NCBI GenBank assembly: GCA_007126415.1 | Contig: SLBH01000010.1 | Span: forward strand, 1 to 36,192 | Length of the DNA: 36,192 nucleotides | Source of the DNA: Spirochaetales bacterium | GTDB lineage: Bacteria > Spirochaetota > Spirochaetia > DSM-27196 > SLAA01 | Direction: 5' to 3' | Shown here: positions 19,333 through 28,673 of the stretch, piece after piece | Position numbering within the stretch: position 1 is the first letter of the stretch | Layout: each line of letters starts with the position of its first letter | Translations under genes and position numbers: made by a program | Notes under the pieces: model-generated | What the model was told of the DNA's origin: nothing | The model's input: the letters and a program-made list of their open reading frames with translations, nothing else | The model's database searches: none

Positions 19333-20475
19333 ATGAGCGATGGTTCGCTATCCCAAGACGAAATTGATGCGTTACTGCAAGGTTCCACAGGGATGGATCT
19401 CGGCGGATCTTCTGCTCCCGCAGGCGGCGGTGCCGGTGGTGAGCCGTCGCCCGACGATCTGCAGGCGTTCGGCGCGCTGTTGAAAGGTACGGTCGAGAGT
19501 CAGCAATCAAACCTCTCGATGCTCACCAGTGCGCAGGTCTCGATGACCGGCCCGGAGCTCGAGATGAGCGACCCATCCTCGATCGCGGCCTCGATCGGCG
19601 ACCCGGTCGTGCAGCTTCACCTCAACTTCTCGGAGGGCGTCGACGGCGTGCATCGTTACCTGATGTCGTCCGATGCAGCGGTTCGTATCGCCGGTGCGAT
19701 GATGGGGCAAGACGACATAGAGCTCGACGACGCGGCCCTGAACGCCTTACAGGAGGCGTTTTCGCAGCTCAATGGGCCGGTCTTGACCACGCTCGGCGAG
19801 AAGGCCGACAAGAGCATCATGACCGAACCCCCGAGTGCCGAGTCGGTCGGCGGAAACGAGGTTTCCGGAGCAGGCGAGCGCTTGGTCGCCGCGCGTTACA
19901 GCGTTACGATCGGCTCCGATGCGCCGGCCGAGATCTACGAGCTGTTCGATCCGAGAGTGATCCCGCAGATACTCGGGAGCTCGAGCGCCGCACAGCAGAC
20001 CGCTCCGCAGCAAGCACAGCAACCGCAACAGGCCGGTGCCCCGGGCGGGTTTGGACAGGGCGGTTTCGGTCAGCAAGCAGGTTTCGGTCAGCAAGCAGGT
20101 TTCGGTCAGGGTGCCGGATTCGGCGGCGGCCAACAAGCGGCCGGGTTCGGCGGGGGGCCGAGTGTGCAGTCGGTACAGTTTCCGGATCTCCAGCAGTCCG
20201 AAGGGCCGAGCGAACAAGGCAATATCGGGCTCTTGATGGACGTCTACATGGAGATGACGGTAGAGCTCGGCCGAACCAAGAAACTGATTCGTGAGATTCT
20301 CGGTATGGGAGAAGGCACGATTATAGAGCTAGATAAGCTTGCCGGTGAACCGGTAGACATATTGGTAAACCACAAACTGATCGCGAAGGGTGAGGTTGTG
20401 GTTATCGACGAAAACTTCGGCGTTCGCGTCACCGAGATCGTCTCACCGATGGAGCGTGTGAGTAACATGACCTAG
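19333..20475 (+). CDS. fliY: Flagellar motor switch protein FliY (CheC-like domain + FliN/SpoA domain)
   Basis: 380 aa. N-terminal LSQDEIDALL peptide, CheC-like middle region, Gln/Gly/Phe-rich linker, and a C-terminal FliN domain reading MEMTVELGRTKKLIREILGMGEGTIIELDKLAGEPVDILVNHKLIAKGEVVVIDENFGVRVTEI. Confidence 0.9.
   Translation: MSDGSLSQDEIDALLQGSTGMDLGGSSAPAGGGAGGEPSPDDLQAFGALLKGTVESQQSNLSMLTSAQVSMTGPELEMSDPSSIAASIGDPVVQLHLNFSEGVDGVHRYLMSSDAAVRIAGAMMGQDDIELDDAALNALQEAFSQLNGPVLTTLGEKADKSIMTEPPSAESVGGNEVSGAGERLVAARYSVTIGSDAPAEIYELFDPRVIPQILGSSSAAQQTAPQQAQQPQQAGAPGGFGQGGFGQQAGFGQQAGFGQGAGFGGGQQAAGFGGGPSVQSVQFPDLQQSEGPSEQGNIGLLMDVYMEMTVELGRTKKLIREILGMGEGTIIELDKLAGEPVDILVNHKLIAKGEVVVIDENFGVRVTEIVSPMERVSNMT
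20062..20109 (+). repeat. Perfect in-frame 18-nt tandem repeat (2.7 copies) inside fliY encoding GFGQQA units
   Basis: ggtttcggtcagcaagca occurs at 20062-20079 and again at 20080-20097, followed by ggtttcggtcag at 20098-20109. Diverged copies flank it (20047-20061 and 20110-20160). Confidence 0.9.
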
Positions 20476-20518
20476 CTGCTGCATCTGAGCCTTTGTGGCG
20501 TAGGCGCGTGAGCGCCGT

Positions 20519-21364
20519 TTGACAACTACTACGTTTCAGTTTAACGGGAGGGGAGAACTGAAATACTTACTCATCTTAACCGGGCTTCTGGTGGTGCTTG
20601 TGACCCCTGTGGCCGCGGAAACGGAAAGCGCACAGAACGAATCTCCAAACGAGTTTGGCCTCGACACCGGCGCCGACCCCGACCCCGATGCCGCCGCCGA
20701 TGCTGCGCGGGCGGAGGAAGACGGTTCGGACGACTCGGCGACCGTGCCGGACGAGTCCATGCTCCTGTTCGATGATCCCGAGGCGGGCGACGGCGAAACC
20801 GATCCGCAGCTCGGCGAGGGTATCGGGGCGTTCGGGATATGGGACTTAGTGCGCATGGTGGTGGTGCTCGGGCTCGTGATCGGCGCGGTGTACGGCGTGT
20901 TCTTCCTGCTTCGTCGTACGGCCGGCGGTCGGTTTCGCAACACCGAGCTGATTAAGCTGCTCGGCTCGCAACCGCTTCCGGGGAACCGCTCGCTTCATCT
21001 CGTTCAGGTGGGGTCGCAACTGTTTCTCGTGGGCTCGGCCGATTCGGCTGTGAACCTCGTTTCGGAGATTAACGACAAAGAGACGATAGACGAGATTCGG
21101 TTGAGCGCCGGCAACACCGAGGAACAGGTCGAGTCTCGCGGGTTCTCGGAGCTGATCTCTGCCGGGCTTCGCTCCGTCGGTCGAGGTACTAGGGCAAACG
21201 GCGGTGTAGAGGCGGGCGGCGGCTTTGCAGCAGGCGGCGGCGCCGGAGGCGCCGCGGGGTCAACCCGGGGTCAACCCGGCGCCGCGGAAACCGGCTCCGA
21301 AGACGCTTTGAACCCGGTACAGTTCATGAGCCGGCAGCGCGAGCGGCTGCGCAACTTGCGCTGA
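20519..21364 (+). CDS. fliO: Flagellar biosynthesis protein FliO/FliZ family, with signal-peptide-like N-terminus and acidic extension
   Basis: 281 aa. TM WDLVRMVVVLGLVIGAVYGVFFLLRR followed by a FliO-type segment LIKLLGSQPLPGNRSLHLVQVGSQLFLVGSADSAVNLVSEI. It sits directly upstream of fliP. The start is uncertain: either TTG 20519, or CTG 20558 just after GGGAGGGGAG. Confidence 0.7.
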   Translation: MTTTTFQFNGRGELKYLLILTGLLVVLVTPVAAETESAQNESPNEFGLDTGADPDPDAAADAARAEEDGSDDSATVPDESMLLFDDPEAGDGETDPQLGEGIGAFGIWDLVRMVVVLGLVIGAVYGVFFLLRRTAGGRFRNTELIKLLGSQPLPGNRSLHLVQVGSQLFLVGSADSAVNLVSEINDKETIDEIRLSAGNTEEQVESRGFSELISAGLRSVGRGTRANGGVEAGGGFAAGGGAGGAAGSTRGQPGAAETGSEDALNPVQFMSRQRERLRNLR

Positions 21365-21381
21365 GCAAACGGAGGCGGATC

Positions 21382-22173
21382 ATGACAAAACGTGTCGTCA
21401 CTGCGGTCCTTTGTTTGGTGCTTCTGCTGTTGCTCGTACCGGCCGAGACGGTTGTGGCGCAGGAAGCCCCCGGAGAGGAAGCGCTACAGATCCCGTTTAT
21501 GGACCTCAGCATTCGTGAGCCGCAGAGTGAGCAGGAGGTGGCGTTCTCGCTGCAGTTGCTGTTGATTCTCGCGGTGCTCAGCCTTGCGCCTTCGATCATT
21601 ATTCTCATGACGTCGTTTCTACGTATCGCGATCGTACTCGATTTTGTAAAGCGTGCGCTGAGTCTGCAGCAGGTTCCGCCGAATCAGGTGCTGATGGGAA
21701 TCGCGTTGTTTCTCACGATGTTCATTATGTGGCCGACTCTCAACGAGATCTACGAGGAAGCGTACCAACCGTTTTCCGAGGGTGAGATCGGGCTCGAGGA
21801 GGCTTACGCCGGCTTTGAGCGTCCGATGCGGCTGTTCATGTATCGCCAGATGCAGGGTAATCCCGAGAGCGTGAGGCTGTTCATGCGTATGAGCGACTTA
21901 CCGCGACCGGCGAACCTCTCGGAGGTGCCGACGCGGGTGCTGATCCCGGCTTTCATCCTGCACGAGCTTACGGTTGCGTTCAAGATCGGCATACTGCTGT
22001 TCCTACCGTTCATCATCATCGACCTCGTGGTTGCCTCCACGCTTATGTCGATGGGTATGATCATGCTTCCTCCGGTCATGATTTCACTGCCGTTCAAATT
22101 GATTCTCTTCGTACTAGTCGACGGGTGGGGTCTGATCACTCGCCAGTTGGTCGCGAGCTTTGGAGGCTTATAA
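21382..22173 (+). CDS. fliP: Flagellar export apparatus protein FliP
   Basis: 263 aa. Signal-like N-terminus and FliP signature SFLRIAIVLDFVKRALSLQQVPPNQVLMGIALFLTMFIM. GGAGG RBS. Confidence 0.95.
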   Translation: MTKRVVTAVLCLVLLLLLVPAETVVAQEAPGEEALQIPFMDLSIREPQSEQEVAFSLQLLLILAVLSLAPSIIILMTSFLRIAIVLDFVKRALSLQQVPPNQVLMGIALFLTMFIMWPTLNEIYEEAYQPFSEGEIGLEEAYAGFERPMRLFMYRQMQGNPESVRLFMRMSDLPRPANLSEVPTRVLIPAFILHELTVAFKIGILLFLPFIIIDLVVASTLMSMGMIMLPPVMISLPFKLILFVLVDGWGLITRQLVASFGGL

Positions 22174-22442
22174 TGGATTTCGGATTTGCGATGAACCTGA
22201 TTCGCACCGGTGTGTTCTATGTGCTCATCATAGCGTCACCAGTCTTGCTCATCGGCATGGGCGTGGGGTTGATCATTTCGATCTTCCAGGCGACAACCTC
22301 GATTCAAGAACAGACGCTCACCTTTGTGCCTAAGATCGCTGCGGTTCTGTTGTCGTTCATGTTTTTCGGCCCGTGGATGTTTCGACTATTGATTCAGTTC
22401 ACAATCAACCTGCTCAATCAGATCCCGATGGTTGTGCGGTAG
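22173..22442 (+). CDS. fliQ: Flagellar export apparatus protein FliQ
   Basis: 89 aa, two TMs, IISIFQATTSIQEQTLTFVPKI. ATG 22173 overlaps the fliP stop (TAATG) and follows GGAGG. The track ORF start (22125) lies inside fliP and is not used. Confidence 0.92.
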   Translation: MDFGFAMNLIRTGVFYVLIIASPVLLIGMGVGLIISIFQATTSIQEQTLTFVPKIAAVLLSFMFFGPWMFRLLIQFTINLLNQIPMVVR

Positions 22443-22451
22443 GAGCGCTGA

Positions 22452-23258
22452 ATGCCGACCGAGCTCATGACCGACCAACTGGTAGCCAACGCGCAGGTGT
22501 TCTTCCTCGTGTTTGCGCGCGTGCTTGCGATGACGCAGGTGGCGCCGGTGATATCCTCGGAAGGCATTCCGTTCGTCGCCCGCACCGGGCTCGCGTTCAT
22601 GGCCGCGGTAACGGTGTTCCCATGGGTGCTGGAGGCCGGGTACGCGATTCCGGACACGCTCGGCGCGTATGTGATTCTGCTGATCGGCGAAGCAATGATC
22701 GGCATCTTGGTGGGGTTCTACGTCACGGTGCTGTACAGCGCGTTTCTGGTCTCGGGACAGTTTTTCTCGCTGCAGCTCGGCTTCGCCGCTTCTCAGGTTA
22801 TGGATCCGCTCTCGCAAGTTCAAATTCCGGTCATGGGACAGTTCTTGAACCTCGTCGCGATGCTGATCTTCGTCACGACGCTCGGCTTTCAGCGGTTGTT
22901 TCTTACCGGTGTGTACGGCTCGTTTCGCGCGCTGCGAGCGATAGACTTGGTGCTGCAGCGCGAGGACATCGTGATCATGGTGGTCACCAGTCTCTCGCGT
23001 ATGTTCGAGTACGCGTTGATGCTCGCGTTTCCCATTCTCGGCACCATGATCCTGATTCAGGTTACGATGGGTCTGCTCGCCAAATCGGCGCCGCAGATGA
23101 ACCTCCTGATGCTCGGCTTCCCGGCCTCAATCTTGGTCGCGTTTTCGATTCTGGTTGTTGCGGTTCCGCTACTCATGACGCAGTTCGATCGCATCCTCGA
23201 CATGAGTTTCGAGGAGCTGATCCGCATGTTTACGCTGTTGCGGGGGAGTAGCGCATGA
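22452..23258 (+). CDS. fliR: Flagellar export apparatus protein FliR
   Basis: 268-aa polytopic membrane protein (FLVFARVLAMTQVAPVISSEGIP...). It lies between fliQ and flhB. AGGAG RBS. Confidence 0.9.
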   Translation: MPTELMTDQLVANAQVFFLVFARVLAMTQVAPVISSEGIPFVARTGLAFMAAVTVFPWVLEAGYAIPDTLGAYVILLIGEAMIGILVGFYVTVLYSAFLVSGQFFSLQLGFAASQVMDPLSQVQIPVMGQFLNLVAMLIFVTTLGFQRLFLTGVYGSFRALRAIDLVLQREDIVIMVVTSLSRMFEYALMLAFPILGTMILIQVTMGLLAKSAPQMNLLMLGFPASILVAFSILVVAVPLLMTQFDRILDMSFEELIRMFTLLRGSSA

Positions 23259-24403
23259 TCGTCGCACGCGAGCTTGAACGCGAACGCTTTCTCCGCGAGC
23301 TTGAGGCGGTGCACCTGCACTGGTTCGCCGCTGAGGACGAAGGGCGCACCGAGGAGCCGACCGAGCATAAGATACGCAAGGCGCGCGAGGAAGAAGGCAA
23401 GGTCGCGAAGTCGCAGGACGTCTCGGCGGCGATTATTCTGCTGTTTTGTGCGGTTACGCTCGCGCTGCTGTCGGGGTACCTCTTTCAGGTCTTTCAGGAT
23501 ATGGTGCGCTATTTTCTTTCGCGCTCCACCGAAATAGACGTTACCGAGAACCACACACTCCTCGCGACGTTCTACGGCTTTTTCTTGCGTCTCACGCTGC
23601 CGGTGGCGTCGGTTGCGCTCGTCTCAGCGGTACTCGGTAACTTGATTCAGGTCGGGTTTCTGTTCACCACCAAACCCATTACGCCCGACCCTAAGAAGAT
23701 CGCGCCGAACTTCGCGCGCTTCGTGCAGAAGTCGTTCCTTTCTACCGAGGCAATCTTTAACCTCGCCAAGGCGATCGGCAAGGTTATTGTGATTGCGGCT
23801 CTGGCGTTCATCAATATTCGCAGCGAGATCGGGCGGATCGTGAATCTCGCCACTCCTAACATCGCGCAGTCGTTTGGGCTCATCGCCTGGATCGCGTTTA
23901 GGATCTTGGTGCAGGCCTCGATCATCCTGCTGTTTCTGTCGCTGTTTGATTACCTCTTTCAACGGCGGCAACATCGCGAGCAGTTGAAGATGACGAAGCA
24001 GGAAGTTAAGGAAGAGCGCAAGACCTACGAAGGCGACCCGATGGTGAAAGGGCGCATGAAGCAGCGCATGCAGGAGATGCTTTCGCGCAATATGGTTCGC
24101 AAGGTTCCGGAAGCCGACGTAGTGATTACCAACCCAACGCACTACGCGGTGGCACTCGAGTACCAGCGCGACCGGATGCAGGCACCGATGGTGACCGCCA
24201 AGGGGCAGGACGCGGTTGCCGAGCGGATGAAAGCGCTCGCGGACGAAAGCGGAGTCCCTATTATCGAGAACAAGCCGCTCGCGCGCGCGTTGTACGCCGA
24301 GGTGGAGATCGGCGACATCATTCCGGAACGGTTTTACGAAGCGGTTGTTACGGTATTGAAGCAGGTCTACCAGATGGACAAAGCCCGCGCGCGAATGTGG
24401 TAG
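23255..24403 (+). CDS. flhB: Flagellar export apparatus switch protein FlhB
   Basis: 382 aa. N-terminal TMs and the NPTH autocleavage motif (VVITNPTHYAVALEY). ATGA overlap with the fliR stop. Confidence 0.95.
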   Translation: MIVARELERERFLRELEAVHLHWFAAEDEGRTEEPTEHKIRKAREEEGKVAKSQDVSAAIILLFCAVTLALLSGYLFQVFQDMVRYFLSRSTEIDVTENHTLLATFYGFFLRLTLPVASVALVSAVLGNLIQVGFLFTTKPITPDPKKIAPNFARFVQKSFLSTEAIFNLAKAIGKVIVIAALAFINIRSEIGRIVNLATPNIAQSFGLIAWIAFRILVQASIILLFLSLFDYLFQRRQHREQLKMTKQEVKEERKTYEGDPMVKGRMKQRMQEMLSRNMVRKVPEADVVITNPTHYAVALEYQRDRMQAPMVTAKGQDAVAERMKALADESGVPIIENKPLARALYAEVEIGDIIPERFYEAVVTVLKQVYQMDKARARMW

Positions 24404-24434
24404 CCGGAGACTAGGGTAAAAAACGGGGGGGCCA

Positions 24435-26525
24435 ATGGCCGATACACAACAACAAACGCTCTCGGGCATGTTTCTCAGTCAGCGGACCGACGTGCTGGTT
24501 GCGATCGGCGTCATTGTGGTCGTGATGATGCTGATCATCCCGCTCCCGACCGTTCTGCTCGACACTCTGATGGCCCTGAATCTCGTGTTCAGCCTGCTGA
24601 CGATTCTCATTGTGTTGTATACCAAGAGCGCGCTCGATTTCTCGGTCTTCCCGACTATACTCCTTGTGGTAACGGTGTACGGTTTGGCGCTCAACGTGAG
24701 CTCTACGCGCTTGATCCTCTCGATGGGACAGCAGTTCGACGGGCAGATCGTCCAAGCCTTTAGTGATTTCGTGGTTGGAACGCCGGGAGCCGAGGGACTC
24801 GTCATTGGGTTGATCATCTTCACGATCATCGTGGCGGTGCAGTTCATCGTTATCACCAAGGGCGCTACCCGTGTCGCCGAGGTCGCCGCGCGCTTCACGC
24901 TCGACGCCTTGCCCGGTAAGCAGATGGCGATCGAGGCCGAGTACAACTCCGGCGTGCTTACCGAGGAGGAGGCCGCCAAGAAGAAGCTCGAGCTCGAGAA
25001 AGAGGTCGATTTCTACGGCGCTATGGACGGTGCTTCAAAGTTTGTATCCGGCAACGTCAAGGTCGGAATTCTCATAACGGTGGTGAACATCATCGGCGGC
25101 TTGGTTGTCGGGATGACGATACACGGCGAGCCGTTTAGCCAAGCGCTCTCCACCTACGTCCAGCTCGCGATCGGAGACGGGTTGGTTACGCAGTTTCCGG
25201 CGCTGCTGATCTCAACCGCAACCGGCTTGATCGTCACGCGCGCTATCTCGGACGCCACCTTCGGTGAGGACATGACCGAGCAGTTCTCGAGACAGTCGCG
25301 CGTGTACTGGATCGCTACGGCGTTCTTGGCGGTGCTCGGCGCATTGCCGGGCTTTCCGTGGTACGTGCTGTTTCCGATGGCCGGTTTGTCGGCGCTGCTC
25401 GCGTATCGGCTCTCGCGCCGCGAGCAGGCTGAGGCGACGCAGGCTGCGAAGCCCAAAGCCGAGGCGAAGGCGCAAGAGACGCCGGCCGAGATCTCGCCGG
25501 TTGCTCCGCTCGACCCAATCAGCCTCGAGCTCGGCTACGGGCTGATTCCGCTTGTCGATAAGGACAAGGGTGCCGAACTGCTCGACCGGGTGACGCGCAT
25601 ACGTCGCGAGACCGCGCTCGAGCTTGGGCTCGCGGTTCCGCGCATCCGTATTATCGACAACATGCGCCTCGAGCCGTCGCAGTACTGCTTCAAGATACGC
25701 GGCGTGGAGGTGGGGCGCGGTACGATCCGGATGGGGCATTATCTTGCGATAAATCCCGGGTCGGTGCGCGAGGACGTCGACGGCGAGGCCACGCGCGATC
25801 CGGCGTTCGGTTTGCCCGCGCTCTGGATAACGGAAGAACGGCGCGAAGCGGCCGAACGGGCCGGCTATACCGTGGTTGATCCGCCCTCGATCATCGCGAC
25901 GCATCTCACCGAACTCATCAAGCGCCACGCGGCCGAGATACTCGGCCGCCAGGAGGTGCGGGCTATCCTCGACGCGCTCAAGCGCGACTATCCGGCGGTG
26001 GTGGACGAGGTGCAGTCGGTGCTCGGCGTCGGTGAGGTGCAGAAAGTACTGCAGGGATTGCTGCGCGAGCAAGTCTCGATCCGCAACGTCGTGACCATAT
26101 TGGAAACGCTCGCCGATTATGCTACGATCACCAAGGATGTCGCGTTCTTGATTGAAAAAGTTCGCCAGTCTTTGAAACGACAGATCTGCCTGCAGTACGC
26201 CGACGAAGACAAGACGCTTAGCGTCTTGACGATCGAGCCTTCCTTGGAGCAAGCGATCATAGAGTCGCGGGTAGAGACCGCCGGTGGGGTCACGCCGGCG
26301 CTCAAACCGGAGTTACATCGAGCGTGGATAACGGCGGCGCGGAACAAAGTCCGGGCGGTGCAGGAACAAGGTTATATGCCGATCGTCCTATGTTCCGAGA
26401 CCGCGCGGGCGCTTGTGAAGAGCAGCACTGCGCGGGAGCTTCCCGACTTGGTAGTTCTGTCGGTACAGGAAATTCTTCCCGAGATTCGCGTCGACAGCCT
26501 CGGTGAAATTCGAGTCGAGGAGTGA
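24435..26525 (+). CDS. flhA: Flagellar export apparatus protein FlhA
   Basis: 696 aa. Polytopic N-terminal domain with FHIPEP signature ARFTLDALPGKQMAIEAEYNSG, plus a large cytoplasmic C-terminal domain. Confidence 0.96.
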   Translation: MADTQQQTLSGMFLSQRTDVLVAIGVIVVVMMLIIPLPTVLLDTLMALNLVFSLLTILIVLYTKSALDFSVFPTILLVVTVYGLALNVSSTRLILSMGQQFDGQIVQAFSDFVVGTPGAEGLVIGLIIFTIIVAVQFIVITKGATRVAEVAARFTLDALPGKQMAIEAEYNSGVLTEEEAAKKKLELEKEVDFYGAMDGASKFVSGNVKVGILITVVNIIGGLVVGMTIHGEPFSQALSTYVQLAIGDGLVTQFPALLISTATGLIVTRAISDATFGEDMTEQFSRQSRVYWIATAFLAVLGALPGFPWYVLFPMAGLSALLAYRLSRREQAEATQAAKPKAEAKAQETPAEISPVAPLDPISLELGYGLIPLVDKDKGAELLDRVTRIRRETALELGLAVPRIRIIDNMRLEPSQYCFKIRGVEVGRGTIRMGHYLAINPGSVREDVDGEATRDPAFGLPALWITEERREAAERAGYTVVDPPSIIATHLTELIKRHAAEILGRQEVRAILDALKRDYPAVVDEVQSVLGVGEVQKVLQGLLREQVSIRNVVTILETLADYATITKDVAFLIEKVRQSLKRQICLQYADEDKTLSVLTIEPSLEQAIIESRVETAGGVTPALKPELHRAWITAARNKVRAVQEQGYMPIVLCSETARALVKSSTARELPDLVVLSVQEILPEIRVDSLGEIRVEE

Positions 26526-26533
26526 GGGGAGCC

Positions 26534-27742
26534 ATGCAGTACTTTATCGAGCAGGCATCAACGCATCGTGAGGCGGAAGCCAAGGTTCGGCAGAAGTACG
26601 GTGACCGAGCTCGCATCATGAGTCACAAAAGCGTCCGAATCGGCGGCTTCTTGGGCTTGTTTTCGCGCGAAGGCGTGGAGGTAACCGGATATTTCTCGGA
26701 TGAACCGGTGCGCCGTGAGCCCCCCAAACGCAGCGCCGACGTAGAGGAAGAGAAGAAGAAGATCCTCGGCACGGTAAAAAACGACAAAACCATAGAGATG
26801 GTGCTGAAGGAGCTTCAGGAGCTGCGTGAGACTCTCAACAGCGAGGAACGCACAACGCGTGCCCCGGCCGCGGTGCAGCAGAATCATCCCACGATCGAGC
26901 GAATCATTGAGCTCTTGCGTCATAATGAGTTTGTTCCCGAGTATATCGATGAGATGGTCGCGCGCGTGCGAAACGAGTTCTCGTTCGAGCAGCTCGAAGA
27001 CTTCGAGTTGGTGGAGCGACAAGTCGTGCGCTGGATCGGCGACTCAATCAGTCTGCTGCCGTTCGATACCAAACACAAGCCCAAGATCATGGTACTTGTG
27101 GGGCCAACCGGGGTCGGTAAAACTACCAGTATTGCCAAGCTCGCCGCTATCTACGGTATACAGGGCGTAAACGGCATCATAAGCGACGTGCGGGTGGTAA
27201 CTATAGACAACTACCGCATCGGAGCGAAGGAGCAAATCGAGACCTACGGCCACATCATGAACATTCCGGTCACCTGCGTCGAGACTTTCGACGAGTTACG
27301 CAAGCAGGTGGCGCTGTACCGTGATGTAGACGTCGTTTTCATAGATACCGTCGGGAAGAGCCCGCGAGATTTTGCCAATCTTGGAAAGATGAACTCGCTG
27401 TTGCAGGGATGTGGCGGCGCCGGTGAGGTACACTTGGCGTTAAGCGCCACCACCAAGACGAGCGACCTGCAGCAGATCGTGCGGCAGTTCGAGTCGTTTG
27501 GAACCGCGGCCGCGGTCATAACGAAGCTCGATGAAACCACACGGGTTGGGAATGTGATTAGCGTTCTCCATCAAAACCGTAAACCGATTTCATTTATTAC
27601 CGATGGTCAAGGTGTGCCCCAAGATATTGAGCCGGCTTCAATTCCGAGGCTGCTGATCAATCTCGAGGGGTTTACCGTGGATCGCGAAGACATCGAGCAG
27701 CGATTTGCGGAATCACGAGCGACGGAGAACCAAAGTGGCTGA
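26534..27742 (+). CDS. flhF: Flagellar biosynthesis GTPase FlhF (SRP family)
   Basis: G-motifs [25 protein letters not shown] and TKLDET. ATG 26534 follows GAGGGGAG. The track ORF opens at GTG 26522, which overlaps the flhA stop. Confidence 0.92.
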   Translation: MQYFIEQASTHREAEAKVRQKYGDRARIMSHKSVRIGGFLGLFSREGVEVTGYFSDEPVRREPPKRSADVEEEKKKILGTVKNDKTIEMVLKELQELRETLNSEERTTRAPAAVQQNHPTIERIIELLRHNEFVPEYIDEMVARVRNEFSFEQLEDFELVERQVVRWIGDSISLLPFDTKHKPKIMVLVGPTGVGKTTSIAKLAAIYGIQGVNGIISDVRVVTIDNYRIGAKEQIETYGHIMNIPVTCVETFDELRKQVALYRDVDVVFIDTVGKSPRDFANLGKMNSLLQGCGGAGEVHLALSATTKTSDLQQIVRQFESFGTAAAVITKLDETTRVGNVISVLHQNRKPISFITDGQGVPQDIEPASIPRLLINLEGFTVDREDIEQRFAESRATENQSG

Positions 27743-28598
27743 TCAAGCGGAAACGCTTCGTGAGATTATGAAGGCTCGCAGCGTGCCGGAGAAAACCGGA
27801 ACCCGTATTATTGCTGTTGCCAGCGGCAAGGGCGGGGTTGGCAAGACGAACATCTCAACCAATCTGGCGCTGGCGTACGCCAAACTTGGTAAACGCGTGG
27901 TGTTGATGGATGCCGACCTGGGACTCGCCAACGTCAACGTGGTCCTGGGTGTGATCCCAAAGTATAACCTGTATCACTTGATCCGCAAGCAGAAATCACT
28001 GACCGATATTCTGATGGATACCAGCTACGGCATACAGATTGTGGCCGGCGCCAGCGGTTTTGCAAAGATCGCGAACCTCAACGAGGATGAGCGGGAGTCC
28101 TTCGTGGAGGAGTTAAGCGGTCTCTCGGCCGCCGATGTCATCATCATAGACACCAGCGCCGGTGTTTCAAACAATGTACTGTCCTTCATCGCCGCAGCCG
28201 ATGAGGCGATCATCGTAACCACGCCGGAGCCTACCGCGATTACCGACGCCTACGGCATTATCAAGATCATCGCTACCGAGATAGACAACCTCAGCCTCGG
28301 GCTGAAGCTGATCGTCAACCGCGTCGGCTCGGTTACCGAGGGAAAACAAGTCGCCCAACGCGTGGTTAATATCGCATCGCAGTTTTTGAACCTCAAAGTG
28401 GATTATCTTGGGTATGTGTACGAGGACGCGGCTGTTCATCAGGCGGTGTTGCGCCAGAAGCCGTTTATGGTAACCGATCCCAAGAGTCGGGCCTCGATCT
28501 GCATACAGCATATCGTCGGGCGGATGGAGAAAATAGATGTAAAGGAGGGCTCCGGTATCGGGCAGTTCCTACGGCGCCTGTTTTCGCGCAGTAATTGA
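27735..28598 (+). CDS. flhG: Flagellar number regulator FlhG (MinD/ParA-type ATPase, YlxH)
   Basis: Deviant Walker A SGKGGVGKT, DADLGLANV, and a C-terminal amphipathic membrane-targeting helix GIGQFLRRLFSRS. GTG 27735 lies about 7 nt after GGAG and overlaps the flhF stop. The track ORF opens at TTG 27705. Confidence 0.9.
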   Translation: MADQAETLREIMKARSVPEKTGTRIIAVASGKGGVGKTNISTNLALAYAKLGKRVVLMDADLGLANVNVVLGVIPKYNLYHLIRKQKSLTDILMDTSYGIQIVAGASGFAKIANLNEDERESFVEELSGLSAADVIIIDTSAGVSNNVLSFIAAADEAIIVTTPEPTAITDAYGIIKIIATEIDNLSLGLKLIVNRVGSVTEGKQVAQRVVNIASQFLNLKVDYLGYVYEDAAVHQAVLRQKPFMVTDPKSRASICIQHIVGRMEKIDVKEGSGIGQFLRRLFSRSN

Positions 28599-28610
28599 GC
28601 TGTGCCGCCG

Positions 28611-28645
28611 AGCTGGGCGGGCGCCGAGCGCAGGCCCGCGCAGCT
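28611..28645 (+). terminator. GC-rich hairpin 12 nt after the flhG stop (possible operon boundary; no U-tract)
   Basis: agctg(28611-15)/cagct(28641-45) and gcgggc(28617-22)/gcccgc(34-39 of 286xx) pair with one internal mismatch and an 11-nt loop. There is no adjacent T run. Confidence 0.3.
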
Positions 28646-28673
28646 TGACGGCGCTACCGTTTTGGCCTAAGCT
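28645..28673 (+). promoter_or_regulatory. Candidate sigma-70-type promoter for the post-flhG gene block
   Basis: TTGACG (28645-28650), an exact 17-nt spacer, then TAAGCT (28668-28673). It lies 30 nt upstream of ATG 28703, in the longest intergenic gap of the second half of the window. Confidence 0.45.

Noticed and set aside
20503-20516. Small GGCGC-GTGA-GCGCC tetraloop hairpin between fliY and fliO.
   Set aside because: The stem is only 5 bp, there is no U-tract, and it lies within a 43-nt spacer of a continuous operon. Too weak to call a terminator or regulatory RNA.
22373-23251. 292-aa alternative-frame + strand ORF covering almost all of fliR. Comparable same-strand out-of-frame ORFs occur at 145-384, 1919-2338, 11891-12139 and 29139-29513.
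   Set aside because: The products are Arg/Gly/Ala/His-rich low-complexity translations without start context or motifs. The overlapping frames encode clear FliR and other family proteins. This is a typical GC-rich frame artefact.
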